From Candidatus Aminicenantes bacterium (lineage in GTDB: Bacteria > Acidobacteriota > Aminicenantia > Aminicenantales > Aminicenantaceae), in NCBI GenBank assembly GCA_021162615.1, contig JAGGYH010000080.1, positions 34,899 through 98,898 of the forward strand: a DNA stretch of 64,000 bases, written 5' to 3'. A program made the translations under genes and the position numbers. The notes under the pieces were generated by a model, which was not told the origin of the DNA, did no database searches, and saw nothing but the letters and a program-made list of their open reading frames with translations. This document shows, one piece after another, positions 53,449 through 62,665 of the stretch. Within the stretch, counting starts at the first letter, position 1. The number at the start of each line of letters is the position of its first letter.

Positions 53449-55413
53449 ATGAAATATAAAAAATTCAGCTTTCTCATTTTCTGTCTCGCTGTTTTTGTTC
53501 TGGTATCAACCGGCTGCAAAAAAACACAAACCCCAGAGTTCAAGGTATACAGGTTTATCGATCATCTGGAAAAAGCAAATATCATCACATCTCCCTTCGA
53601 GCAAACAGAGATCCTGACAAATGACCTTTTCCCGATAAAATCAGCCCCCATGAATGACCTTGGAATAGGAGAAAATCCTTATCAACTGAAAAGAAAACTC
53701 AGACAGGGAAGCGGAGTCGTCAGCACGCTTTTTGCTCCCCCTGAGACTCACTACAGATTCGAGACCGAAATTCCTGAAGGGAGCATTTTTGAATTCAGCA
53801 TTGGGATCACAAAGGATGAAAACTCGGCAAAAAAAACAATCCCCGCAGATTCACAGGAGGACGGCGTTGTGTTTTTGGTCACAGTGGGTAAGGAGGCAGG
53901 AGAAAAAATTATCTTTCAAGAATACATTGATTCTCCTCCGGAAACAGACAATCCCAGCTTTTTCCAAAAATTCCACAGCATCCAGCTGCCTCAAAGCCCT
54001 AAAAAAACCTTTATTTCTATCAAGACAAAGGGAGAAAAACCCTGCTTCTCTTATTGGATAAATCCGGTCATTTACAGAAAACAAAATAAAGGAACGAATG
54101 TCATTCTTATCTCCATTGACACTCTCCGCGCCGATCATTTAGGGTGCTATGGATACAAGAGAGACACGAGCCCTCATATAGACAAATTCGCCTCCGAAGG
54201 ATCTCTCTTTATGAACTCCTTTTCCACCTCTCCGTGGACACTGCCTTCTCATGTCTCCATAATGACCTCCCTGTACGGAATCCATCACCAGGTCTATTAC
54301 AGCGGTGAAAAAATAGCTCCCTCTGTTTTAACCCTGGCGGACCTATGTAGAAAAAATGGCTTTTTCACCTGTGCGTTTACAGGCGGCGGATTTGTAAGCG
54401 CCCAATACGGCTTTGCCAAGGGATTCGATGCCTACTATGAGGGAAGGGGAGGCGTCTTCCATATGAACTCCGCAGAGCTTATCTATGACTCCTTTTCCAA
54501 CTGGGTCGATAACAACAGGGGAAAAAGATTCTTTCTTTTTCTTCACACGTACCAGACTCACAACCCTTATGTCTGCCCTCACCCTCACAACACTCTTTTC
54601 CTGGACGAAGACGCACAGTGGAAGCATATAAATTTCCTTGGTTACCTCGGCGGCAAACCAGGAATTTACAAAACACTTCCCGAGACAGAGAGAAAAAACG
54701 CCGTCGGTCTCTATGACGGAGAAATAAGCTACCTGGATGAGAACCTCATAGGACCTCTGGTATCGAAGCTCAAAGAGACAGGCTTGTATGAGAAAACAAT
54801 GATCATATTTACCAGCGACCACGGGGAAGAATTTTTTGACCATAAGGCTTGGGATCACGGGCATAGTCTGTACAACGAATCCATTAGGGTTCCGTTGATC
54901 ATAAAATTCCCTGAAGATAACTTCAGCGGTGTGAAAATCCCTTACACTATCTCCCTTGTGGATATCATGCCCACTATCCTGGAAGAGGTGGGAATCGAGT
55001 GCCCTGATACCTTCTTTGACGGAAAAAGCCTCTTTCCCCTGCTCAAAGGCAGGGAGAAGGGACACAGGACTTTTCTTGCAGACATAGGCGCTAATGTCCT
55101 GAACTCACATATCCCCCAGAAGATCTCCATGAACAAAGGAAAATACAAACTGATCCTTAATAAAGAATTCAGTCAAGAAGACTTAGGCTATTTCATCGCT
55201 CCTCCTCCTGAGACAGTGCAGATAGAGCTTTTCGACCTTTTGAATGATTTTAAGGAGGAAAACAACATTGCAGAAAAAAATCCCGGTCTCACCAATTCGA
55301 TCCTCCAGAAAATCAATGACATCTACAGCCAGGCAAAAAAAAGAAATTCAGAAAAAACAGAAATCGATGAAAAATTAAAGGAACAACTGAAAGCTTTGGG
55401 ATATATCCATTAA
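53449..55413 (+). CDS. Sulfatase-like hydrolase/transferase (alkaline phosphatase superfamily) with an extra N-terminal domain of about 200 aa; lipoprotein
   Basis: Lipobox-like VSTGC. Catalytic-domain blocks ILISIDTLRADHLG, FTSDHGEEF, ESIRVPLII. The nucleophile region reads STSPWTLPSH rather than C/S-x-P-x-R. Confidence 0.7.
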   Translation: MKYKKFSFLIFCLAVFVLVSTGCKKTQTPEFKVYRFIDHLEKANIITSPFEQTEILTNDLFPIKSAPMNDLGIGENPYQLKRKLRQGSGVVSTLFAPPETHYRFETEIPEGSIFEFSIGITKDENSAKKTIPADSQEDGVVFLVTVGKEAGEKIIFQEYIDSPPETDNPSFFQKFHSIQLPQSPKKTFISIKTKGEKPCFSYWINPVIYRKQNKGTNVILISIDTLRADHLGCYGYKRDTSPHIDKFASEGSLFMNSFSTSPWTLPSHVSIMTSLYGIHHQVYYSGEKIAPSVLTLADLCRKNGFFTCAFTGGGFVSAQYGFAKGFDAYYEGRGGVFHMNSAELIYDSFSNWVDNNRGKRFFLFLHTYQTHNPYVCPHPHNTLFLDEDAQWKHINFLGYLGGKPGIYKTLPETERKNAVGLYDGEISYLDENLIGPLVSKLKETGLYEKTMIIFTSDHGEEFFDHKAWDHGHSLYNESIRVPLIIKFPEDNFSGVKIPYTISLVDIMPTILEEVGIECPDTFFDGKSLFPLLKGREKGHRTFLADIGANVLNSHIPQKISMNKGKYKLILNKEFSQEDLGYFIAPPPETVQIELFDLLNDFKEENNIAEKNPGLTNSILQKINDIYSQAKKRNSEKTEIDEKLKEQLKALGYIH

Positions 55414-55419
55414 TCATTC

Positions 55420-57054
55420 ATGAAAAAACTTATAAATCTCTCAATAACAGATTTTCTTCATGAAGAGGCAAGGCCTTTTCCAAAAGCACTTTTCCTTATT
55501 TTGATCCTAAGCTTTGTCCTTAACATCATTGGCATTAACTGGGGGCTTCCCAGCCCCAGCTCACGGGGATGGGCTGCAGATGAAATAACACCCGTATCTG
55601 TATTAAACGGGATGGAAATGAAATTTTCCAATGGCTGGACAGCCAGGTTCCCCCCTCTTCATTTTTACACTCTTTCTCTTTTTTATCTTCCTGTTTGTTC
55701 CCTGGATGCCCTGAATATCATAAACCTGCCGGATTCACTGCTTAATACGGTCTTTTTTATTATCAGTAGACTGATCAGTGTTTTTATGGGGACAGTCCTT
55801 GTGTTTATGGTTTATCTTTGCGGCTGTGAAATAACAGATAAAAGGTCAGCTCTTTTTGCCTCGCTCATTACGGCGCTGACCCCGCCTTTTGTCTATTACT
55901 CAAAAACATCAAACACAGATATCCCTTATCTCTTCTGGTTTATCCTAGCTCTTTATTTTTTCATACGGATATTGAAATACCATCACACATTTGACTATAT
56001 TCTCTTTGCTGCCGCAGCTGTATTTTCCATCTGCACCAAGGACCAGGCCTACGCTCTCTTTGTTCTGACCCCGTTCATCATCATCATTTCTTTATTCCGA
56101 CACAATAAAGCTCACTACAAAAAGACAACCTGGCTCAAATCCGTATTCAACAGAAAAACACTATCAGCCCTTATCACGGGAACTTCTTTGTTTGTCATTA
56201 TTTATAACCTTGTCTTTAATCTCCAAGGATTCAAAAGACATTTTTCTTTGATCACGGGCGCTGCCAGGGGCGTAAGGATTTTCAGCAATGATATTTTGGG
56301 TCATTCCAGAATGCTCTGGCAGACTGTAAAGCATTTGAATTTCATCCTGAGCTTTCCGGTATTTGTCATATGCATCCTGGGTTTCCTTTATGCCCTGACA
56401 CGGAAAAAGAAAAATCCCCTTCTTTTTATTGTTTTTTTGCTGGCCCCTTCTTATTATATTTTTTTCATAAGCGTTCTGGGCAGAAATTATGTGAGGTATC
56501 TTCTCCCCGTATACATCATTTTGTCTTTTTTCGGGGGACTGTGCCTTTCCTACTTTCTCCATTCATCAAGAAGATTCAAATTTATAAAATATCTGCTTGT
56601 CATTCTTCTTTTTGTCAATTCTGCGGCCTACTCGCTTTCTGTGGATGTCATTATGGTCAATGACTCGCGGTATTATGTGGAACAATGGATGGAGCAGCAT
56701 ATCAAACAGGATGAATCCATATTGTTCATCGGCTTTTTAAATTTTCTGCCGCGCAATAAAGGCTTCACCCATGCCCGCTACATCCTCCGCCCGAGCTACA
56801 ATCAAATAATAAAGTCGAAGGCTCATTATATAGTATTCAATTCCGACCTTGTTAAATCCAAAACCCCTGTCCTGTATAAGAAAATAATAGATAATGAGGA
56901 TGAATACAAACTGGTCCTGAGATACAAGTCTTCTCCCTGGCTGGATCTTCTGCCCGAACATCAAATAAGAGAGGATGGAAACAAAACAATCATCACAAAT
57001 CTGAACCTCATAAATCCTGAAATCATGATCTTTCAAAAACAGGAAGGCTCTTAA
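55420..57054 (+). CDS. GT-C fold polytopic membrane glycosyltransferase (ArnT/PMT-like)
   Basis: More than 10 hydrophobic helices. Acidic DE motif in the first extracytoplasmic loop (GWAADEITP). Confidence 0.5.
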   Translation: MKKLINLSITDFLHEEARPFPKALFLILILSFVLNIIGINWGLPSPSSRGWAADEITPVSVLNGMEMKFSNGWTARFPPLHFYTLSLFYLPVCSLDALNIINLPDSLLNTVFFIISRLISVFMGTVLVFMVYLCGCEITDKRSALFASLITALTPPFVYYSKTSNTDIPYLFWFILALYFFIRILKYHHTFDYILFAAAAVFSICTKDQAYALFVLTPFIIIISLFRHNKAHYKKTTWLKSVFNRKTLSALITGTSLFVIIYNLVFNLQGFKRHFSLITGAARGVRIFSNDILGHSRMLWQTVKHLNFILSFPVFVICILGFLYALTRKKKNPLLFIVFLLAPSYYIFFISVLGRNYVRYLLPVYIILSFFGGLCLSYFLHSSRRFKFIKYLLVILLFVNSAAYSLSVDVIMVNDSRYYVEQWMEQHIKQDESILFIGFLNFLPRNKGFTHARYILRPSYNQIIKSKAHYIVFNSDLVKSKTPVLYKKIIDNEDEYKLVLRYKSSPWLDLLPEHQIREDGNKTIITNLNLINPEIMIFQKQEGS

Positions 57055-57059
57055 CCTGG

Positions 57060-59447
57060 TTAATAGCGGGGATTAAACTTCAGAAAAAAGGGCGCCCTTG
57101 ATGCATCTGGAGAGACCCGCTCGACCTGAATATCCACCCTGTAAAGATGGGTGTTCCTGTAAGAATAAAAGGGAAGCTCAGTAAGCGCCACGGATTTTTC
57201 TTGTTCCGTGGTCCTGCCTTTAAAAAACACCCTGTCAAAATAGCGGCATTCGACGCTGTGCTCGCCTCTTGAAGAACGGAATCCGACCTCTAATTTTTTT
57301 ATTTCCCGCCATGAGGTAAAGAAGAATTGGTAATTTCTGTTGTCTTGAGAGATCCTGAACTCACCGGGTTTTTGCATTTCAACCAAACGGCTTAATGAAT
57401 AAAAAGTCAGCTTCTCTCCTTTGGGGAAATCCGCTTTCTGGGGGTGGATCAGAACCGCTCTGGGATAAAGCGCCAGCCACCAAAAAAGAAAGATAAAACC
57501 TATGATGGTGAACACCGGCGCCGCATCTATTTTTTTCCTGAAAAAACAATCCTTCTTTATGATGTATCCTAAGAGGAAAACAAGGATGAGTCCGAGCCAT
57601 ATGTAATTCGGCACATAGGACAGATTATTGACTTTAATGAAGGAAGGAAGAAATCCGGGAACAGAGAGATTCAGGCTGCTGAGGAATAAAAACAGGTCCC
57701 CGGCTCTGAACGTATGGATATGGGTCGTGGATTGATAGAGAAAGGACGGATGGAAAAGCAGCAGGACCGCGATGATGAAACTAAAGGCACATCCAATGGA
57801 AAAAAGCCGGGAATAGACCTTTTTCCTGTTATAAACAAAAAAATAACCCACAAACACGATCAGGATCCAGGATAAAGGAGTCAGAATCCTTCCCTGGGGG
57901 CAAAATCCCTGCCTGTGAGTCAAAAAGGCGTAGTTCAAAAGAAAGGGAACGGAGATAAAGAGAAGAGCGATGAGGTCTTTTTTGGAGCGCCTGAACATCT
58001 CCACAATCCCGGTAAAGAAAAAAAAGTAAAAAGGGGCGTACAAAAGCAGGCCGTCTCTCTGGTCAAGAAAGTAATCAAAAAAACTATCAATCCTCAGCCA
58101 CACCGGGATACTCAAAACCAGGTCTTTAAAAGCCTTTAGTTTCTCCGGCGTCATCATGCCTTCGTATATGGAAATGGGATTGACAGTGCCGTAAAGGGAA
58201 TAAACAAAAGAATAAAACAGGACCACGGATACGGCTGGTAAGCTCAGAAAATAGACGACTCGCCACCTGACCCTGTGTTCTTTCAATAGAAAATAAACAG
58301 CTACCAGCAAAAGGGGCCAGAAGACCATATTGTACTTTAAACCGAACCAGAAAAAGGTTGAAAGAAAAAGTCCGCAAAGAACAAGCTGAAAAACAGATAA
58401 AGGCTTTTGAGAGCGCACTTTCCTGAACACATACAAAGAGAAAAACGCGACCACTATTTCCGGATAAAGATGTATGGAATAAAAAAGCACCGGCACTGTG
58501 AAAGAATACAGGAACCAGAAAAAAAGAGAGACTTTTTCTTTTCTCCAGAGCTCCTGGAAAAAAAGAAAAAGCTGGATTCCGAGAAGGCACGCCCAGAAGG
58601 AGAGGCTCACGCTTAAGACAAACGTGCGGGCTTCCCCATTAAAAAAACGGCTCAGCCAGTAATAAGGCAGCATAAGAACGGATATGCCGGGAAGGTTTAT
58701 GGGGTAGATGTGTTGATTCCCCTTTTTTCCGGCGCGGGCGTATATCCCCAACTTTAAATCAGGATATTTTTCTTTTGAATAAAAATGATAATAATCTTTA
58801 TTCAAATAATTGTTGGCCACGTTGATATCCTGGTCCTTATAAAGGCTGTGGGTCGTGAGAAGATAATAGGGCTCGTCCCCTGTAAAATCCCTTCCGTTCC
58901 GGATCAGAAAAAAACTGCAAAGATTATAGATGAAAAAAGAAGCTATAAAGAGGATGAAGATCTTCTTTCTCAGGGAAAACGCTCGGAACCAGCTCCCTAT
59001 TTTTTCAGCAGCTTCACGCACCCTTTCCAATCGGCTGACCTGGACCCATTTGATGATAAGAAAACCAAACACCATAAGCGCGGCAAGGATTTTCAGCCTG
59101 ACCTTTAAATCCCCTGCAGTCAGGTAATGAGAAAGGAGAAAAGGAGAGAGAAGAGAGAGGCTCAGCGGCACAAAGGCAAACAAATCCTTCCTGAGAAAAA
59201 AAGAAAAGTCCTTTTTAAAAAAGCGGCTCTCTACGGAAGCTGTGCCTTTCCAGAAAAGAACGAGCGCGATAAAAAAAACAGCGGTCAGCAGGATCAGAAA
59301 CAAAACCGAAGGATGAAAGCCGTGGTCATCTATTGTGAAAGTATTTGATTTTATACAAATAAAGAAATAAAAGGAAAGACCCACGGCAATGGAAAACAAA
59401 AAAATCAGCGCCGCAGTAAAATGTGTTTTTTTCTTGTTAAGAATCAC
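57060..59447 (-). CDS. Large polytopic membrane protein (possible GT-C-like glycosyltransferase/polymerase; function unknown)
   Basis: 795 aa and about 20 hydrophobic segments. No soluble catalytic domain recognised. Confidence 0.4.
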   Translation of the reverse strand: MILNKKKTHFTAALIFLFSIAVGLSFYFFICIKSNTFTIDDHGFHPSVLFLILLTAVFFIALVLFWKGTASVESRFFKKDFSFFLRKDLFAFVPLSLSLLSPFLLSHYLTAGDLKVRLKILAALMVFGFLIIKWVQVSRLERVREAAEKIGSWFRAFSLRKKIFILFIASFFIYNLCSFFLIRNGRDFTGDEPYYLLTTHSLYKDQDINVANNYLNKDYYHFYSKEKYPDLKLGIYARAGKKGNQHIYPINLPGISVLMLPYYWLSRFFNGEARTFVLSVSLSFWACLLGIQLFLFFQELWRKEKVSLFFWFLYSFTVPVLFYSIHLYPEIVVAFFSLYVFRKVRSQKPLSVFQLVLCGLFLSTFFWFGLKYNMVFWPLLLVAVYFLLKEHRVRWRVVYFLSLPAVSVVLFYSFVYSLYGTVNPISIYEGMMTPEKLKAFKDLVLSIPVWLRIDSFFDYFLDQRDGLLLYAPFYFFFFTGIVEMFRRSKKDLIALLFISVPFLLNYAFLTHRQGFCPQGRILTPLSWILIVFVGYFFVYNRKKVYSRLFSIGCAFSFIIAVLLLFHPSFLYQSTTHIHTFRAGDLFLFLSSLNLSVPGFLPSFIKVNNLSYVPNYIWLGLILVFLLGYIIKKDCFFRKKIDAAPVFTIIGFIFLFWWLALYPRAVLIHPQKADFPKGEKLTFYSLSRLVEMQKPGEFRISQDNRNYQFFFTSWREIKKLEVGFRSSRGEHSVECRYFDRVFFKGRTTEQEKSVALTELPFYSYRNTHLYRVDIQVERVSPDASRAPFFLKFNPRY

Positions 59448-60205
59448 GAATGATGATCCTGGCCGGATTTGTTTCTTTGTTTTACCTTTCTTGCGGGAAC
59501 ACCCACAGCAATGGAATATTCGGGAAGCGATTTGTTGACCACAGCTCCGGCTCCGATCACAGAACCCTTTTCTATGTTGACTCCATCCAAAACCACGACA
59601 GAGGCTCCCAGCCAGCAGTCATCCCTGATGCGAATGCCTCCCCTGTCCAGAGAAGGCTGCAGCATAATGGGTATATCGGTCCTGTCAAACCTGTGGTTCC
59701 CTCCGGCCACCAGATAGCAGTGACCGGCAAGAAACGTATACGCACCCACTTCAATAATGGTCTCAGAAAGAAGAGAACAATTCGCGGAAATATTGGAATA
59801 ATCCCTGAGAAATATGCTCCCGCCTTTACAGCTCAATGTGGTGTTGCGCCCGATATAGGTGTTTTTGCCGATCCTGATCCCTTCATTATCATCCCCTTTG
59901 GCATCCAGTACGGAATAGTCATCTATGAACGAATTGTCAGAGATGGATATCTTGTGAGGATGCCGGATGGTGATGTGATGTCCAAAAGCCACTCCCTTTC
60001 CCACTCTTTGAAACAGAAACGGATAAAAGATCTTTCTCATAAAGATACCCAGAGCTCCGGGCACCCAGGAAAACAGCAGGATAATAAGCTCGTATCGAAT
60101 GAAACTCCAGAGGCCGCTTTGGCCGATAAAAAGGTCCCGGTATTTCTGAGAGGCGGATTTTTCCCCGATCAGTTCTTTCTGAACACTGGCTTTGTGTTCT
60201 TTCAT
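59444..60205 (-). CDS. Hexapeptide-repeat (LbH) sugar O-acetyltransferase, WcaF-like, with N-terminal membrane anchor
   Basis: Tandem [LIV]-G-x-x-x-x hexapeptides (IGRNTTLSCKGG..VGAYTFLAG..LGASVVVLDGVNIEKGSVIGAGAVV). Confidence 0.75.
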   Translation of the reverse strand: MKEHKASVQKELIGEKSASQKYRDLFIGQSGLWSFIRYELIILLFSWVPGALGIFMRKIFYPFLFQRVGKGVAFGHHITIRHPHKISISDNSFIDDYSVLDAKGDDNEGIRIGKNTYIGRNTTLSCKGGSIFLRDYSNISANCSLLSETIIEVGAYTFLAGHCYLVAGGNHRFDRTDIPIMLQPSLDRGGIRIRDDCWLGASVVVLDGVNIEKGSVIGAGAVVNKSLPEYSIAVGVPARKVKQRNKSGQDHHS

Positions 60206-60289
60206 GCGGTCCTTCCTTAAGAGGTCAATTTATCTTACTCTAATTAACGTTAAAATTCAAAATCTAAATAACCTGGGGACATCCCATTA

Positions 60290-60494
60290 GGTACCACCCT
60301 ATAGAACCCCTATTTACGTACGTAGCTTACTACCAGAATACAAGCTTCCCTTGTCCTGCCTAATCATAACCCACTCCATGGGGGGGCTTGCGGCTGCAGG
60401 ATTGCGGTTGCGTATTAAATGGAAATATTTCAGAGGGGGATAATCTGTAATATTTTTTTAATAACCAACGGATTCAGTAATATAGGGTAGTACC
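60290..60494. repeat. Non-coding island with inverted repeats (GGTACCACCCTATAG / CTATAGGGTAGTACC) and reiterated CCCTATA(G) half-sites; contains a fragment resembling module B of the repeat family in inverted orientation
   Basis: Seen directly: arms at 60290-60304 and 60481-60494 match 13 of 14 positions as a reverse complement. CCCTATAG at 60297 and 60507. ACGTACGTA palindrome at 60316. CCATGGGGGGGCTTGCG (60376-60393) resembles the reverse complement of CAACTCCCCCCGTCCATGG. Confidence 0.5.
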
Positions 60495-60515
60495 TTGTGG
60501 AGCGTCCCCTATAGA

Positions 60516-61637
60516 TCAATCCGCTATGTATCCTGCCCGGTGGGTGATCCTGAAGCGGCCTGTTGTGACTTTTACTTCTATCTTGTGGAACTTATTATCC
60601 GCTTTGTAATCTTTGGGTGTGTAGTAGAGAAGATAATAATTCTCAGATGCGGATGAAGCACGCTTGAAGGCCAACGAGGCGTTGGCTGAGACATAGGTTT
60701 CCCCGCCTGTTGTTTTGGCGATTTCATAAAAAGCACTAAACACGTCCATGGAGATGTCTGATAAAGACCTATGCAGTCCCCCCATCTGTTGAATATCGAG
60801 CGTGCCTACCAGCTCCTTTGTTAAAAAGATAAAATGAGTGGTTATTTCAGAATCAGCAAAGATCTGTTTTATTTTTTTTGTATCAAACGGGATGCTTTCA
60901 AGCGTCTCTAGTTCCTCCATTTCTGCAGGCACGGGAATCTCCTCTTTTTGATAGAAGAGAAAGATATGCTTCTGCCCTTGAATGTGCTTAAGAAAATTTG
61001 AAACATTTTCCATTTTATGTTCATCAAAATATTTATAATCCCTAAGCCTTTTGAACATATCTTGAACGAGCATTAGGCTTATTCTCCCTGTCAGACCTTC
61101 AAAAGAAATGATATCCCGCATAAGACTTTTGTATCCCATATTTCCTTCTATGATGTCTTTCCTTAAAAGGCTCTTCAATTGACTTCCGATCTGGTCTTTA
61201 GGCATCTGCTTCAAAGCTCTTTCACTCAGATTATAGGATTTAACAGGGGTTGTGACGATCAAGTAATCTCCAGGCTGATAAACCGTATCGAAAAAATAAT
61301 CAATCAAATCATTGATCCGGGGAAGCCAGTTAATGACTTCGAACACAAGTACAAAACACCTCGAAACCTCGGGAACAGGGATTTTTTCTGTCTCCGCTGC
61401 CTTTTCTTTTCTCTGGACTTCTGTCTTTGTTATGAGATAAACCGCTTCGATCTTTTGTAAAATCCCATCTTCGTAGACTTCAAAATCCTCAATGGTCAGG
61501 CTGTCTATGAAGGCATCTCCTTTATAGACCCGAACTGGGACCTCAATGTTGATGGCCACTACTTCATGCTGTATATTTTGGAATGCGAGATTCAAAAACA
61601 ATAATAACAGGATATTTATAGATAACATGTATTTCAC
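60516..61637 (-). CDS. Secreted VWA-related domain protein (TIGR03436-like, the family first described in Acidobacteria)
   Basis: Signal peptide. C-terminal signature YYLLYYTP..KFHKIEVKV..RFRITHRAGY resembles the conserved C-terminus of the Acidobacterial VWFA-related family. Confidence 0.45.
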   Translation of the reverse strand: MKYMLSINILLLLFLNLAFQNIQHEVVAINIEVPVRVYKGDAFIDSLTIEDFEVYEDGILQKIEAVYLITKTEVQRKEKAAETEKIPVPEVSRCFVLVFEVINWLPRINDLIDYFFDTVYQPGDYLIVTTPVKSYNLSERALKQMPKDQIGSQLKSLLRKDIIEGNMGYKSLMRDIISFEGLTGRISLMLVQDMFKRLRDYKYFDEHKMENVSNFLKHIQGQKHIFLFYQKEEIPVPAEMEELETLESIPFDTKKIKQIFADSEITTHFIFLTKELVGTLDIQQMGGLHRSLSDISMDVFSAFYEIAKTTGGETYVSANASLAFKRASSASENYYLLYYTPKDYKADNKFHKIEVKVTTGRFRITHRAGYIAD

Positions 61638-61795
61638 ACTCTTTTTAAATGAAATTAACCCCTTATATTTTCATATCATATTTTTTTTAAATGCAAGTAA
61701 AAATTAAAAGTGGGCTCTTTTGAACAGGAAAATATCATTGAAAAAATAAAAAATCTCAGGTGGAATAGTAGGGGAAATAATCATAAAATAAAGCT

Positions 61796-62584
61796 ATGAA
61801 AAGGAATGACCGAAAATCTATGGGCCAGCACTTTTTGACCAATCCCTACACGCTCAACAAGATCATTGACTGCATAGCGCCCCAAAAAAAGGAACTTATC
61901 ATTGAAATAGGTGCCGGCAAAGGCTCTCTCACCCGTCTGTTGGCTGAAAAAGCCGGCCGGGTCATTGCCCTGGAAAAAGACGCATCGCTCATCCCGTATC
62001 TCGAAAAAAACAAACCCTCTAATCTGGAAATCCGGCAGGAAGATGTTCTTGAAACCGACTTCAGCAGCCTGGCCAAACAGGAGAAAACCAAGTTAGCCGG
62101 AAATCTTCCTTTCTCCATATCCTCCCAGATCCTTTTCAAACTGCTCGAAGAGCATGATATGACCCGGGAATGCCACTTCATGCTGCAGAAAGAAGTGGCA
62201 GAAAGGGTGTGCGCGTCTCCTGGTTCAAAAAAATACGCTCCTCTCTCCATTCTCCTGCAAAATATATTTTCCGCCAAAATCCGGTTTCTTCTTTCTCCCG
62301 GAAGCTTCACTCCTCCCCCCAAGGTGAGATCAGCGTTTATCACCCTTAAAAAAAGAACCGCGCCTCTTTATCCTTTTATGAATACAGACGGATTTAAAAG
62401 CTTTATAAAACAGGCTTTTTCGCAAAGAAGGAAAAAACTTAAAAACAGTCTCAAGCCCATGGGATTCGCGCCAGAGCAGATGAAAGAAAGTTTCCGGAAA
62501 TGCGGCCTGGATCCCAATATCCGAGCGGAAAAAGTATCTATAGATGATTTTGCCTGCCTGTACCTGAATCTTACAGAAGCATAA
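61796..62584 (+). CDS. rsmA: 16S rRNA (adenine1518/1519-N6)-dimethyltransferase
   Basis: GQHFLTNPYTLNKII and EIGAGKGSLT motifs of KsgA/RsmA. Confidence 0.85.
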   Translation: MKRNDRKSMGQHFLTNPYTLNKIIDCIAPQKKELIIEIGAGKGSLTRLLAEKAGRVIALEKDASLIPYLEKNKPSNLEIRQEDVLETDFSSLAKQEKTKLAGNLPFSISSQILFKLLEEHDMTRECHFMLQKEVAERVCASPGSKKYAPLSILLQNIFSAKIRFLLSPGSFTPPPKVRSAFITLKKRTAPLYPFMNTDGFKSFIKQAFSQRRKKLKNSLKPMGFAPEQMKESFRKCGLDPNIRAEKVSIDDFACLYLNLTEA

Positions 62585-62665
62585 AAGAGGCAATAAACTT
62601 CACCTCCACTCCCATCCTGGTAAATAGCTTCAATCATGTTCGTCAAATATGGTATAATTTTTGGG

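Noticed and set aside
53449-55413. Calling the sulfatase-like gene a formylglycine-dependent sulfatase matured by the upstream radical SAM enzyme
   Set aside because: No C/S-x-P-x-R motif found at the expected position (STSPWTLPSH instead). Kept only as a question in the findings.
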